Assembly (NCBI GenBank): GCA_030704615.1
Contig: CM060733.1
Coordinates: 868,001-932,000 of the forward strand
DNA: 64,000 nt
Reading direction: 5' to 3'
Source: Takakia lepidozioides
Lineage: Eukaryota > Plantae > Bryophyta
A model generated the notes under the pieces. That model was given only the letters and a program-made list of their open reading frames with translations, searched no databases and was not told the DNA's origin. Below are positions 1 through 11,849 of this stretch, in pieces (position 1 is the first letter of the stretch; every line of letters starts with the position of its first letter). The position numbers were made by a program, and so were the translations under genes.

Positions 1-3000
1 AGATCTTGAACCTGCAGCGGCGCTCAATGACAAAGTGTGAAGTACGTGTATCGTGGGTATACCAAGTGACAAGTGTGCGCCACTTGACATCTGGCATTTG
101 ACTGATTCCACTGGAGAAAGCTTTGAAGAGTCTCCGATTTGAGTCAAAGTTTGTCATGCGTCAATTTCTAGATCTGAGAGGCATATTCACAAGACAGAGT
201 CCTCATGCTGTAGTGAGTTCCTTCAGGAGCAGCTGCCTCAAATGGTCGACTAAAGCACCTTGGCCCGTCCGGATGGATTCCTTACCCTAGTAAAAACCTT
301 TAGTTCGTGTACCTTGTACGGTCAGTAGGACTAAACTAGACACTATCTCTCAATGCACAGCTTCTAAGACACGTCTCCGGATTCTCGAACGGCGTCCATA
401 CTCTCTAGAGAGAGATGAACTATACGTTCGACTGCAGATTAAATCTCGATTATTGAACACCGTTCGAGTTTTCTGTCTGTGTATTCATACTTCCGAGTCA
501 ACCAGATGTTCACGAGTTCCAAACTTCTTCAGTACGTACGATATATACGGATTCCATTCCTAAAGTCACTTGAGGGTTTGGACATCAATATACAATGGTG
601 TTATGGAACTTAAATTGTGATTGTTCAACTAGTTATATCATGGCCCCTTATATGTCAGTGAGCTGTTCCGAGCTCACTCCCATCTGCTTTCGACTCGGCC
701 CGCGCCCAGTACTGTAACTTCAATTGACAGTGGTGGCTCGATGAACTGGCTTAAGTTTCAGGGCGATTCTTGCTGTTACAGAATGTGATCACGCCCCGGT
801 CACACCTAATATTTCATTATCAACCTTTATCATCGGACTGGATTCCATATCAGATCTTCCTCTTTGCAAGTACTCAAGGACATTGTACAGTAGCTCGATC
901 GATGTTGTTGCTTGAAGCTACTAATTCGCAGTCACCGAAATACCTGTGCGTAAGTAGTTCACAGGAGCTGGCCCGGAAGAGAGTGAGAGAAGGATAGGGA
1001 TAAGTAGCTGGGGTGTTCCCCCACTTGTTGTTTCATCGCTTCAAGCACGCGAGTCTAGGAGAAAACGAGCACTCTCATGAATATAGGTATGCTGAAAATC
1101 TTGAGACATCTATATATAGACTGGATATGCTCCTACATTTCACAGTGTCCAGTACTAGTTTCACATGAGAATAAAGTACATGTAAAGGAGAGATGTGTAC
1201 TTGACTGAGACTCGACGGTTGATGTTACTGACGGATCTCGAGCGAGAAGTTTTGCTGCCCCATTTGGAATCCCTGCCCAACATTATGTAGCACTGAAGCA
1301 ATTCAGGCAGCACCTTCAGCAGCACCAACTCATGAAGTTTGAAATGTTCAGTACAAGCAGCTACAAAACTTAGGAGATCCTCATGAACTTAGAGAAACAA
1401 ATGCTGATCACAACAATTGATCATCGGTTGGTCACCCATGATGTGCAATTTACTGGTCACTATGTACATAGTTGTTACAGCTCAAGATTTATAAGAGAAG
1501 ACTTCGACCGTCGAAGCCAGCTTACGTAAGAGCCACTTCACCCTTGCGAGCTCGGCTCAGTTGATATTACATACATTAATTATTTAGCACCGCTCACAAT
1601 CGGCATTTCTCCATGCCTACGTAATAACCCTAAATCACGGAATTTCAAGTTAATGTTCAAAGCGCCGACACACGCTTTTCACTGGCTGAGCTCAAGTGAT
1701 CGGAAGACACCTTGCGAACCGCTCTTGAGAGAAAATTCAGGTTCAAATTGGTACTAGGAATGAGGGAATCAGCACATTAATGACCTGCTGCACTAGTACT
1801 TTCGATGGAGAACTATTTCAAGCTATAAGTTCAAGGCCGAGCTATCCACCTAGAGAGCTTCACATCTCCAAATCCCTCTACAAGAATTGAGCGGCATGCA
1901 GAGTGTATATTGCAGGAGAGTCCTGAAAACAAAGAGCGTGAGAATTTCATCTCGAGCAGTTTCATCTCTCTAACAAACTCACCCCTCGTTATGAGGGGTC
2001 GACCCTGTTTGAACGGGCACGCGTCAGCGCTTCCGAAGTTCAAAAAGCTCAAAGTTTCTTCCACGTCAGCAAAAATGATAAGCGTCTTCGGATGAACAAT
2101 TCAATGAGAAATAAAAGATTTGGACGGAAATAAGCGGATGGGTCTTGGATGAATATTTGTTAGTTACGTATGAAATGGATGATCCATCTGGACCGCATAT
2201 GGATGAGACAAGTAGACGGCATCCATCGCTCACGAGATGGATGACTAATAATTATTCATCCTAATTGGGATGCATTGCATCCGAAAGGGAGATGCAGCTC
2301 TCCTCTCTGTTGCTGTGGATCTCTCCTGTCCTCCCTGCTCTTCTTTTCTCTTCTACGTTGCTGAGTGTTCGTGGTGGAGAGGAGTTGCATCCGATCACAT
2401 TAGGAATCACACTGATGTCCGAGTGTGTAAGATTTTGTGTAAATTTGAAGAACAGGGCCAGAGGCAAGCATGAACTGGTAATATATTGGCAGGAGTATGA
2501 GGGGCCCATGCCCCTCTTCCTGCACATCATCGTCCTCATTACAGCAGACCCACTGCTCTTCACGGGGACCGAGATCACGGAGAGCAGCCCCAGGTTTGCG
2601 CTTTTTCTCATTCTCTTCCCTTCAATCACCCTTGCAACCTCTTCCATCCGCTTTCTCACTTTCCTCAGGCGGCAAGACAAGTATTTCCCGTAGTAATAAA
2701 TCCAGTCAAGGTGGAATTGACGCCCTCCCCGGGGGTCAATTAGCTCTCTGAATATCCGGATGTAGCTCCTTTGTACGCTTGATTGCTTACTTGTGTAGGA
2801 TTGAACTTGAAGATACTGTCAAAATCCATGTTGAGCCTTCTCTTTCAACTTGTCCCTTTCCTTGCTGACATTGGTGAAGCGAAGTGATTTACATGCAGAT
2901 TATTCAACCAAGGTTACACCAATGGTAATAACTTCTTGTATAGGAAGGATAGGCCGGTGAGAGTGTGGGAATGAGTGATAGAGTCTGCACCCCACATGCT

Positions 3001-4417
3001 CTGTTTTCAGCAAATTTCCCATAGACCAAACTGGCCGAAACAATCCTGAAAGACCCTCTCTTATTGACCGACTGTAATATAGCCCTAATTCATAACTCTG
3101 GTACAAGAATTGGCTCTCTGAAAGCTAGCACTTTAGAATGCTTGCCCCCTTCCTACACTCTTCAGACAAAATACATCTTTTATACTTGGCTGGGCTGAAT
3201 CTTTGATCTTGAGATCATGTAGTTTCTCCTTTGAAACATCCAGCAACAGTTATATCTTTCTATATAAAATATCATTTCATTTCATATCTTCCTGACAAGG
3301 TTGCGAGCCCAACCACCCAATTCGCTGCCAGCCCAGGACTTCGCAACCTCTATGATACTCAAAACTGTTTTAAGACCTCCTGGTTTGCTTGGGTCTCCAA
3401 GTTCATTGAGCGCCACAGACTGTCCGTTGCTTCCCTACCATGCAATTACATGCCCCTCCTGCGATAAAACTGCACCAACCTTGGGAATTTCGTCCCAAGC
3501 TCAACCACAACAGATGCCTCAGATGGGAGCTGATGGAATTTCATGTCAGGCAGGCCTGAAACCAGTCAGTCTTACAACAAAGCTGCAGTTCCATTGGGAG
3601 ACATACTTGGTCCTCTGTGATGATAGATTCTTACAGCCCAAATACCTGTCTGCAGCTCTATCTCCCTCTCTTCTAAGGGCATTGGGAAGGTTTAGGGTGG
3701 ATCCCAGACTGGTATGTGGGACAACCTGACCGCCTGTGCCTCGCTTGTGCTGGGGATGACAGGAGGAAATTGAAAATGAAGAACATTTCTTCTTTCAATG
3801 TCCACTCTACTATGAGATCCAAGGGAGATACTAGTGTCTATTCCGAGATAGCCAATTTCTCACCGAGGGGTTCCATGACGAGGGTCAGACCTTGATCAAC
3901 AGCTGTTTTTTGGCTGCTTGTTGGGGTCCCCACTCTCTTTCTTGTTTCATGCTTTCTCTTTTCCCATATTAAGCTCTTTGATCAGTATTATGAGATCCGT
4001 GGGAGATTCCACTGTCTAGTCCGTGGAACTCAATCTCTCACTGAAGTCTTCCATTATGAGGATCAGAAATGCTTGGCAGCTTATTACACGAGGCCTTGAC
4101 CCTTAGGCAATGAGCAGTAGTTGCGTTTGGGCTGCTTTCTGATTTTGTCTTCTCTCTCATTTCTGCGGACGTTATGAAGTACCATTTTATTTCATTTCAT
4201 TTCATTTGATCTTTCCGCAGACATTACAAAGCATCATTTCATTTCTCTCGAGTATCAGTGATGTGAGGCTCTGCACTGTAGACAATATATTGAAATTGAG
4301 TTGTGGTTTCATGGTTGTGGTAGCTGGCTGTTCCACTTTTCTGTCTTGTTTTCCCTTTGTTCCCATCAGCTCCTAGTGCTTCCCGTGGATGTTATACAGT
4401 TCCTTTCTTTTGTTTCT

Positions 4418-4490
4418 GGGGATGTAGACCACATGGTAGAGCGCTTGCTTCGCATGCGAGAGGTACGGGGATCGATACCCCGCATTTCAC
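4418..4490 (+). tRNA. tRNA-Ala(CGC)-derived sequence, probably non-functional; forms the 5' head of the LINE insertion
   Basis: GGGGATGTAGACCACATGGTAGAGCGCTTGCTTCGCATGCGAGAGGTACGGGGATCGATACCCCGCATTTCAC closely follows eukaryotic tRNA-Ala. The anticodon stem CTTGC/GCGAG with CGC and the T-arm CGGGG-ATCGATA-CCCCG are intact. The D-stem (GACC/GAGC) and the acceptor 3' strand (CATTTCA) carry mismatches. Confidence 0.85.
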
Positions 4491-4825
4491 TCCAATGTTT
4501 CCTCTCCCTGTCCTCTAGGAAGCCTATTGACATTGGGTGGACTTGAAACGGGAGTACATTAATGTTTCTGTAACTAAATGCCGGCCTTGTGACCTCGTGT
4601 CCTTGTTTGTTTCGACCTGAAGCGCTTTGCTTCAGGTAAGGTAGTGCATTGGATTTAGTTGGAAAGCTTGGGGCCTTTCCCTCTTTAGAATATGCCTACA
4701 CGGGCCATTCCCTGCAACTCCCTGGAGTGTGATCTCTGAATGGTAACAAGCGGACTCCTACCGCTTGGGGGCAGCCCCTCCGCCCAAATTGGGCAGTCGT
4801 ATGCTCTGTCTAGCATACTCGGCAC

Positions 4826-7800
4826 TTGGGCTCGGGTTGGTTCCTGTGCTTAAACTTATGGCCTGCGAACACAATCAAAAATTTAGCTCCTATCAACATC
4901 AACACTCCTCAGGGTGATCCCTGGGAATTGGTTACTTATGCCAAATCTAGGGCTTCATGTGTAGTTTTTGGGGTGAATCCCAGGATGGGCGATGTGTCCT
5001 TTAAAACTACATGCTCTAGCTTAGGCTTGGATTTCATGGCTAATGGTACCATCTCGAGACTTGATAACAGGGGTACGTTGAAGGTTGCAATGACCAAAAG
5101 TGCTTCTAATAGAGTCCCGCATCAATTCAATCTCAAAGAAGTTCGTCCCTTGACTGGCTGGAGAGCGGTCTTAGACATTGGTGATTCAATGGGGCGCTCT
5201 AGGAAGACAACCAAGGGCAACAACTTCAACTTGAGAGTTTCTAATCGGTTTGATGCTCTGGATGAGGTTGAATCCAAACAGCCAGAAGGACAAGATGCCC
5301 CTAAGTGTACGGAACCTGAACGTCCTGAATCTGAAGGATTTGGTACTCTGAATGGTTTACCAATCCTCAAGGTTTACACAAGACGAACAAATCCTATACA
5401 TGGGGTAATTGTCCCCAAGCCGTCAGATGGACAATCTGTCCCTAAGTGTGCAGAGCCTGAACGTCGTGTAACTGAAGGATTTGGTACTCTAAATGGTTTA
5501 CCAATCCCCAAAGTCTACACAAGACGAGCAAAATCTATACACGGGGTAATTGTCCCCAAGCAGTCTGACGGACAATCTGCCCCTATGTGTGCGGAGCCTG
5601 TGCGTCGTGTAACTGAAAGATTTGGTACCCTGAATGGTTTACCAATTCTCAAAGTTTACACAAGACGAGCAAAATCTACACATGGGGTAACTGTCCCCCC
5701 TTTGCAGAACGGTTGGCCGTCCAGGAGCAATCACAAGCTACCTAGACGACAAACAATTCACACGCAAAGGGCTGGCTTGCGGCTGGCCACTTTCAACTTC
5801 TCAGGGTTGACCAACCAAAGGAAACAACTGGAAGTGGGACAAGTTCTTCGGACTAATGATATTCATATCTGTGCTGGGCAAGAAACATGGGAAACGTCGG
5901 ATAAACTGGTTGGAGATGTCATTGGTTATAAATGGGCAGGTAAGATGTGTACTCTCAAGGCAGCCTCTGCCAAACGCGGTCAAAAAGGGGTTGGATTCTT
6001 TGTCCGTGATTTCTTGTTTGACAATTGTGAAATTATCAACAAGGGTTTGAGGTACGAGCATAGTATCTGGCTAAAACTGAATTTGAAGGGCGGCATGAGT
6101 ACAAAGGACCTCTTTGTTGGTTGTGTTTACATGCCCACAGAGGGGACCCTTAGTGCTGACGCAGACAAGGCCTTCGAAGATGTAAAGCTGGACTGTGCTT
6201 CGTTCCTTGCCAAAGGTCAGGTGGTACTATTGGGGGACTTCAATGCCCGGGTGGGCAAAGGGATCCATCAGGACGATATCATTGGACCTTTTGGTGAGGA
6301 CGAGCTGAATTCTAATGGCAGACGGTTAATTAACTGTCTAGAAGAGCTTCAGCTTTTGACCTTGAATAACAGGACAAGAGGTGACCAAGTGCAGTGGACT
6401 CGTGAGACTGGGGAACGTTCCATTGTGGACTATATCATAATGGACCCCCAGTGTGCCAATGTGTTGATCGACAGAACTGATATTGGTACCTCTGACCACT
6501 TCCTGGTTTGGACTGAGATCAAAAGGTGTTTTCCCACCACCAAGAGATCTGTGAAACGTTCGATTCGGAAGTGGCGCATAGAAAAATTCCACAATGAGGA
6601 GGTCAAGGCTGAGTACGTCCAGGCCTTGCAAGAGGCTCTCCCTCATTTTGTCCAATCGCTCCAAGAACTTCAGTCACGCTCTGTTAACGCAAGAAATGAA
6701 GTCGAAAGAGCAGTGGACTCTTGGGAGAGTTTCGTTTCCTCCGTGGCTGACAAGATATTGGGAGGAAACTAATTGTCTGCGGTAGAGCAGTTAATTGGTG
6801 GACTAATGAGATTAAACTCAAGATAGCTGAGAGACGAGCCCTCTATAAAGAGTGCTGCAATTTGGAAACCAACAGAGAATTGTGGGCGAGGTACTACCAG
6901 CTCCGTAAAGATATCAATCAGCTTGTTAGGTCTCAGAAGAAATTATACTGGGACAAGTTATACAGTGAAATAAACTCAAACCACCATGGTGGTAATGACA
7001 AGAAATTCTGGTTGGCCCTTCAACGTTTGTACAAACCGAAAAACGGTCAGCAAGTACAAGCGCTGAAGACTACTACAGGTGCAGTGGTGACTTCATCGGT
7101 TGACATTGTCAAAACCTTTGAAACTCACTACAGTATCCTTGGCAGAACTTCTAGGTCTAACAGTGAGGGGTCTTCTGCTGAATGGAGGGACACAGTTGGA
7201 AAAACTGTTCCTATGATTCAAAACAGCCCTGATGAACTGGAGTATATTTCAATGGCTTATAATGCTCCCATTAGTTCTTCTGAGATTGTGGAAGCAATTG
7301 AACATTTAAATGGATATAAAGCTGGTGGACCTGATGGTATTGTCAACGAGCTTATCAAGCACGGTGGCGATCCCATGATAGAGGCCCTAGTTCTCCTCTT
7401 TAACCTTATCTGGAAGACTGAAATGATCCCCTTTCGCTGGCGACAGGGGGTCATTGTCAATCTATACAAGAAGGGTGACAGAGAAGAACCGGGGAACTAC
7501 CGTGGCATCACGCTCCTCAATGCTGTTGGCAAGACATTCTGCAGAGTTATAAGTACTCGTCTCGAGGTTGATCTGGAGTCCAGAGGTTGTTTCCACGATG
7601 GCCAAGCTGGCTTTCGGCGAAACAGGGGCTGTGTGGATCATATCTTCACTCTAAGCCAGATTATCCAGGGAAGGAAAAAAGAAGGGAAACCCACTTATGT
7701 CTTTTTCCTGGATGTCAAAAAGGCTTATGACACAGTGTGGAGGGATGGCCTATGGTTCCGCCTCTGGTCTTGTGGGATCAAGGGAAAGATGTGGAGAGTT

Positions 7801-9300
7801 GTCCACAACTTGTATGCTCACACCAAAAGCTGTGTCACTGTTAACGGACAGAAGTCCAACTTCTTTGACATAGACCAAGGTGTAGCTCAAGGATGTACTC
7901 TCTCCCCTCTGCTCTTCAATGTTTTCATCAATCAACTCCTCGAGGATGTGGAAAGTGAGGGATTTGGGTTAAGGGTGGGTGATACCACCATACCAGCCCT
8001 TATGTTTGCGGATGACTTCGCAGGCATAGGGGAGACTCCAACCAATCTCCAGGAGTTGATTGATTGCGCGAAGAGATACTTTGATCTTTGGGGGCTAGAG
8101 GCTAATGTCAGCAAATGTGCAGTGGTAGCATTCAACGACAGAGGAGAGGGAGGAAGTGATCTTAAGTGGCAGTGGGGTAGCCAAGAGATCCCGGTCCTCC
8201 CTTCCTACACTTACCTGGGCGTTGAGTTCTCCTCCAATTGTAATTGGGATGCACATATCCGGAAAGTTGTTCAAACTAGCAAGGGCAAAGCTCTGGGGCT
8301 CACTAAATTTTTCCACTGCAGAGGGGTCAACTCTGAGGTTAAGAAAACCATGCTTTGTCGCGTTATTAGACCTGCCTTGGAGTACGGATCTGCTATATGG
8401 GTTGATAACTCCAACCAGGCTAAGTCTCTAGAATCCATTCAAGTGGGGGTGCTTAAGGAGTGTATGTCAGCATGCTCCAAAACAGCCAATGTGGCTGTTC
8501 GGGGTGAGTTTGGCATTCCGTCCTTAAGCTCCCGACGAGATGAATTCAAGGTCAGATGGTGGGGTCAGCTGCAACATATGCCCAACACCAGATATCCTAA
8601 ATTAATCGACTCTATATCTTGGAAACAGGACCGCCCTGTCAAACAGGCTAAGTCCTGGCAGAAGAGAGTAGAAGAGATCCTCAAGGACCTGGACCTGGAT
8701 CCGCAAATCTTGACCCTGCTGGATAAATCTGACTTAGAGGCTGTAGTGTCCTCAGCCATGTCTGTTGCCATGAGATTGTCTGATGAAAATGAAGTTAGGC
8801 AGAAAACTTCCCTGAACTTGTTTCCAGTCTGTGACATGGGGGAGGACATCTTGGATGACCTCAAGGGTCTACCCACTCTCGGCACTAGACTGAAATTTAA
8901 ACTCAGGGCAGGAAGCCTACCTTTGAACAGCAAACAGAAGCAGAGAGGAAAGGGAGAGTGCAATTGCCCGTTGTGTGGGCAATCTGAAGACAGTATTCAT
9001 TTTCTGATACACTGTCCGGGGTTCTCTCACCAAAGAGACGCTCTCTTCAAATCTATTAAGGGAATTGTGCCCGTACCCCTGTTTACCAACTTTGAAAGTC
9101 TCGAGGCTGAGCCAAAAGCCCAGGCCCTCCTGAGGCCTAGTTTTTGGGCAAATCACACACAGCAGATTGATGCTTGAGTGAAGGGATTTCTAGAGGATAT
9201 CTGGAAAACCCGGATTAATTCTTTATATGGAGGTAAGTCTTACTACCAACGTCAGCCCCTGACAGAGGTAGGTTCTGTCCCTTTTGTTCCCGCTCAAACT
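4826..9300 (+). pseudogene. LINE EN-RT polyprotein, disrupted by one frameshift (~6762) and one stop (9175-9177)
   Basis: APE motifs: ATFNFSGL, AGQETW, LGDFNARVG, SIVDYII, SDHFLVW. RT motifs: GPDGIVNE, NYRGITLL, QAGFRRNRGCVDHI, FLDVKKAYDTV, GVAQGCTLSPLLF, MFADD, YTYLGV. C-terminal CPLC..H..C Zn motif. Across the shift the reading continues ...RKLIVCGRAVNWWTNEIK into ORF 6862-9177. The true ATG is probably 5090 or 5189; the 3' end is approximate. Confidence 0.92.
5279..5700 (+). repeat. Three 141-bp (47-aa) in-frame tandem repeats upstream of the LINE endonuclease
   Basis: Units start at ~5279, 5420 and 5561 and each encodes ..GQ.(A/V)P.C.EP.R...E.FGTLNGLPI.KVYTRR....HGV.VP. Confidence 0.9.
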
Positions 9301-10699
9301 GGGCGGGGTCAATGGCCACAAGGCTACGGCAAACAACGTCTTATGAGTACAATCTTTTGTTTCTGCCCAACTACCTGTCCTCTTGGATCTGAATTGATGG
9401 TGAACTCACAGATCCAAGGGCTTTTGCTCTTTCTCATGCTCATACTCGTCGTTTGATCTTTTCTGAAGTGGGCCCATGGACCCTCTCAGGCCCCCTGTGG
9501 CCTGTGGCCTACTTCAGTTTCTTTTTTTCTGTCACGGGGGAAGGAAGCAGTCACTGGCGGCGTGCTTCATCATGGTTCTCCCTGTCTAAGAGAAACAAAT
9601 TTGCATGTTGCTGGGCTGAATGTATCCAAGCTATCACCAAGCATCCCTCATGATGAACTTTATGACCTCATCTGCCATGCACTTGGAGAAGCTCACCCAG
9701 CAGGACTGCGAGGATGGACTAGAAGCTGAAGTCCCACAGCCGAAGCCTCAGTTGCAACTGTGAAGACTGGTGCCTGCTTTGAATGGAGCTGTAGAAGTCG
9801 AGCTGAGAGGTGATCCCCATTTCCATTTACCTGCTGCGGCCTTGCATAGGAAACAAAGATTACAGGTGGCAATTCTGACCCTGAACAGGACACTGTGTGG
9901 GTAAATAATAAACAAAAGTATACGGTGGAAATAGGCAGCAAGGAAGTTCCCATGGCCCTTTGGGCCTCTTCTTGAATTCTTTTTCTTTTTCTCTCTCTAA
10001 ATTAGATCTTTTTTTTCTGTCACATCCCTCTTCCCCATTACTACCTCTTTGTCCATTGTGCTCCCCCCTTTGCACTCCATCAATATCTACTATGTATCTA
10101 CATTCCCCCACATTGCAGAAGGATCTCAACTGTCTTATTCCATGGTCAAAACTGAGCCCAGTGCTTCGTTTGAACCTACTGGACACTGAGGGACGATTCA
10201 TGCAGGTGAGGCCCAAGCGTTTTTGCAGGCCACCACAATCGTGCGACGTAAACGTCCCAAGAACAACTACATCCACACACCAGGAGTCTGGGTAGGTGTA
10301 GTGCAGAAGTAGATGAAGCCTTTAAATTAGTTAAGCAAGCATGGGTGAGCAATGGGTCTATTGAGGAGGTGATAAAAGAGTTCCAGGTGAAGCTTTCCCA
10401 TTGCGACGTCTCCAGCATGCTAACAGAGCTGCAGTGGTGGTATGATCATCGGAGGTGTTTCTCTCTCTCTCTTTCTCTCATTGTACTTTCTTGTCACATA
10501 AGCTGTTTGGGCTTCCTATGGCCATTCTATAGTTCCTGTTCTTTCTTTCTTTCAGCTATAATGATCCGAATAGCTCAGCAGCTTACCCATCTACCGGTTT
10601 GTGATGCGCTCGTTTTGTGTGTAGTTATACAGTCAAATTGGGATCAGGTTTGAAATACCTGACTAGAATTCCTCGGAATGGGAGTGATATTCTGAAGGT

Positions 10700-11096
10700 T
10701 CACCTTAAACCTTGCAAGGTTCAGATGCAACTTCATCTCACAAACATTCTTTGGTCTTCCCATGGACATTGGCTAATCGCTTTCTTGCGTGTTTTTTGTG
10801 GCACCCATGACGCTCAATTCAGAGTTTACTAGTTACAAAATTGAAGCCACTGATCTTTGGGCCAGTTTTCCGTCTATCTCATAGTTGAGGTTCAGATTCC
10901 ATCTTCTACATTGACGTTGCATGGAGCAGCAATGACGAAAATTGGCCCAAAGATCAGTGGCTTGTAACTAGTAAACTGTGACTTGAGCCTCATGGGTGCC
11001 ACAAAAAACACGCAAGAAAGCGATTAGCCAATGTCCATGGGACCAAAGAATGTTTGTAAGAGGAAGTGCATTTGAACCTTGCAAGGTTTGAGGTGA
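10700..11096. repeat. Long inverted repeat (~175-bp arms, ~60-bp spacer); MITE-like or hairpin RNA
   Basis: Left arm 10700-~10874 (...CCATGGACATTGGCTAATCGCTTTCTTGCGTGTTTTTTGTGGCACCCATGA...AAGCCACTGATCTTTGGGCCA) is the reverse complement of right arm ~10934-11096 (TGGCCCAAAGATCAGTGGCTT...TCATGGGTGCCACAAAAAACACGCAAGAAAGCGATTAGCCAATGTCCATGG...). Confidence 0.9.
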
Positions 11097-11849
11097 CTTG
11101 AATAGGTCTGTCGTTGGTTAACTTTCACTCGGCAATCCATCCCATCTTATAGAGGTGATGAAGATATTGGCTGAGCTTTGAGATGTAAATGTATGTTTTG
11201 AGGTCATCTTGCTTCCATCAAAGTCATATTGTTGAGTCCACCCTGCAGCAGACTGTCAGTTGGGGCTGCAAAGGGAATGCTGCTGGCATGGCTGGAAGAG
11301 CTCCATGTAGCCTGGCTATGGGGAGAAGACACTACTGATATGGTGAGAGTGGTAAGAGACAAGGAAAGCACACCAAGTCTAATAACTGTAATCTATAGGC
11401 AGACGCACACCAGCCAGGTTTCTATCATGTGCTTCAATCTCAGATTGTAACCATATGGGAAGAGACAGATTAACTTGTATAAAGGCGAAAGAAAACACCT
11501 GGCTTCAGGGCCTCTATCGCTGTGTAAGACGGAAAGAAATCATCTGAGGAGTGAGGGGACTGGTTGCCTGGGGGCAAACAAGCCACCATTAGGTACTCTG
11601 GCTAACCGACGAGCTGCCTTCTAGAAGGCTTCACTGTCTCACTGCATCAATTCAAGTGCTCTCTTTCAAAACTTCGTCGTCTAGCTGCCTGACCATCTGA
11701 CTCCGTAACATATGTAACTTACCAGCTACTTAGTTTTAGGAAACAAAGATGAGTCTCGAGAGCAAAGAAAATGTGCTTCGACTTTATTCCATGTTATAAT
11801 ATGAATTGAACATGTCCATGGCTTGCTTGTCGGCCTGTTGCATGCTACA

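Larger units (their letters stand above)
4418..9352 (+). mobile_element. Non-LTR retrotransposon (APE endonuclease + RT LINE, RTE/RTEX-like) with tRNA-derived 5' end
   Basis: Identical 12-bp direct repeat TCTTTTGTTTCT at 4406-4417 and 9353-9364 (TSD) encloses the tRNA copy and the EN-RT coding region. The clade assignment is an impression from motifs only. Confidence 0.9.

Noticed and set aside
1-1281. Possible LTR on the - strand starting TGTTGG at 1281 with a TATA-like run at ~1110
   Set aside because: No second copy, PBS, TSD or coding domain within the window.
2265-2751. Overlapping 84-142-aa ORFs on both strands
   Set aside because: Low-complexity CT-rich sequence with non-ATG starts and no motif; coding status unsupported.
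3438-3505. Minus-strand peptide AWDEIPKVGAVLSQEGHVIAW resembling a TadA deaminase N-terminus or Gypsy RNase H
   Set aside because: Bounded by stops, with no downstream HAE/PCxxC and no upstream TDAS. Too short to support either call.
4301-4546. 81-aa ORF overlapping the tRNA copy
   Set aside because: It spans the TSD and tRNA sequence and has a TTG start; a chance frame.
10290-10460. VDEAFKLVKQAW...KLSHCDVSSMLTELQ, resembling the N-terminal region of some PPR proteins
   Set aside because: Short isolated fragment with no PPR motifs following.
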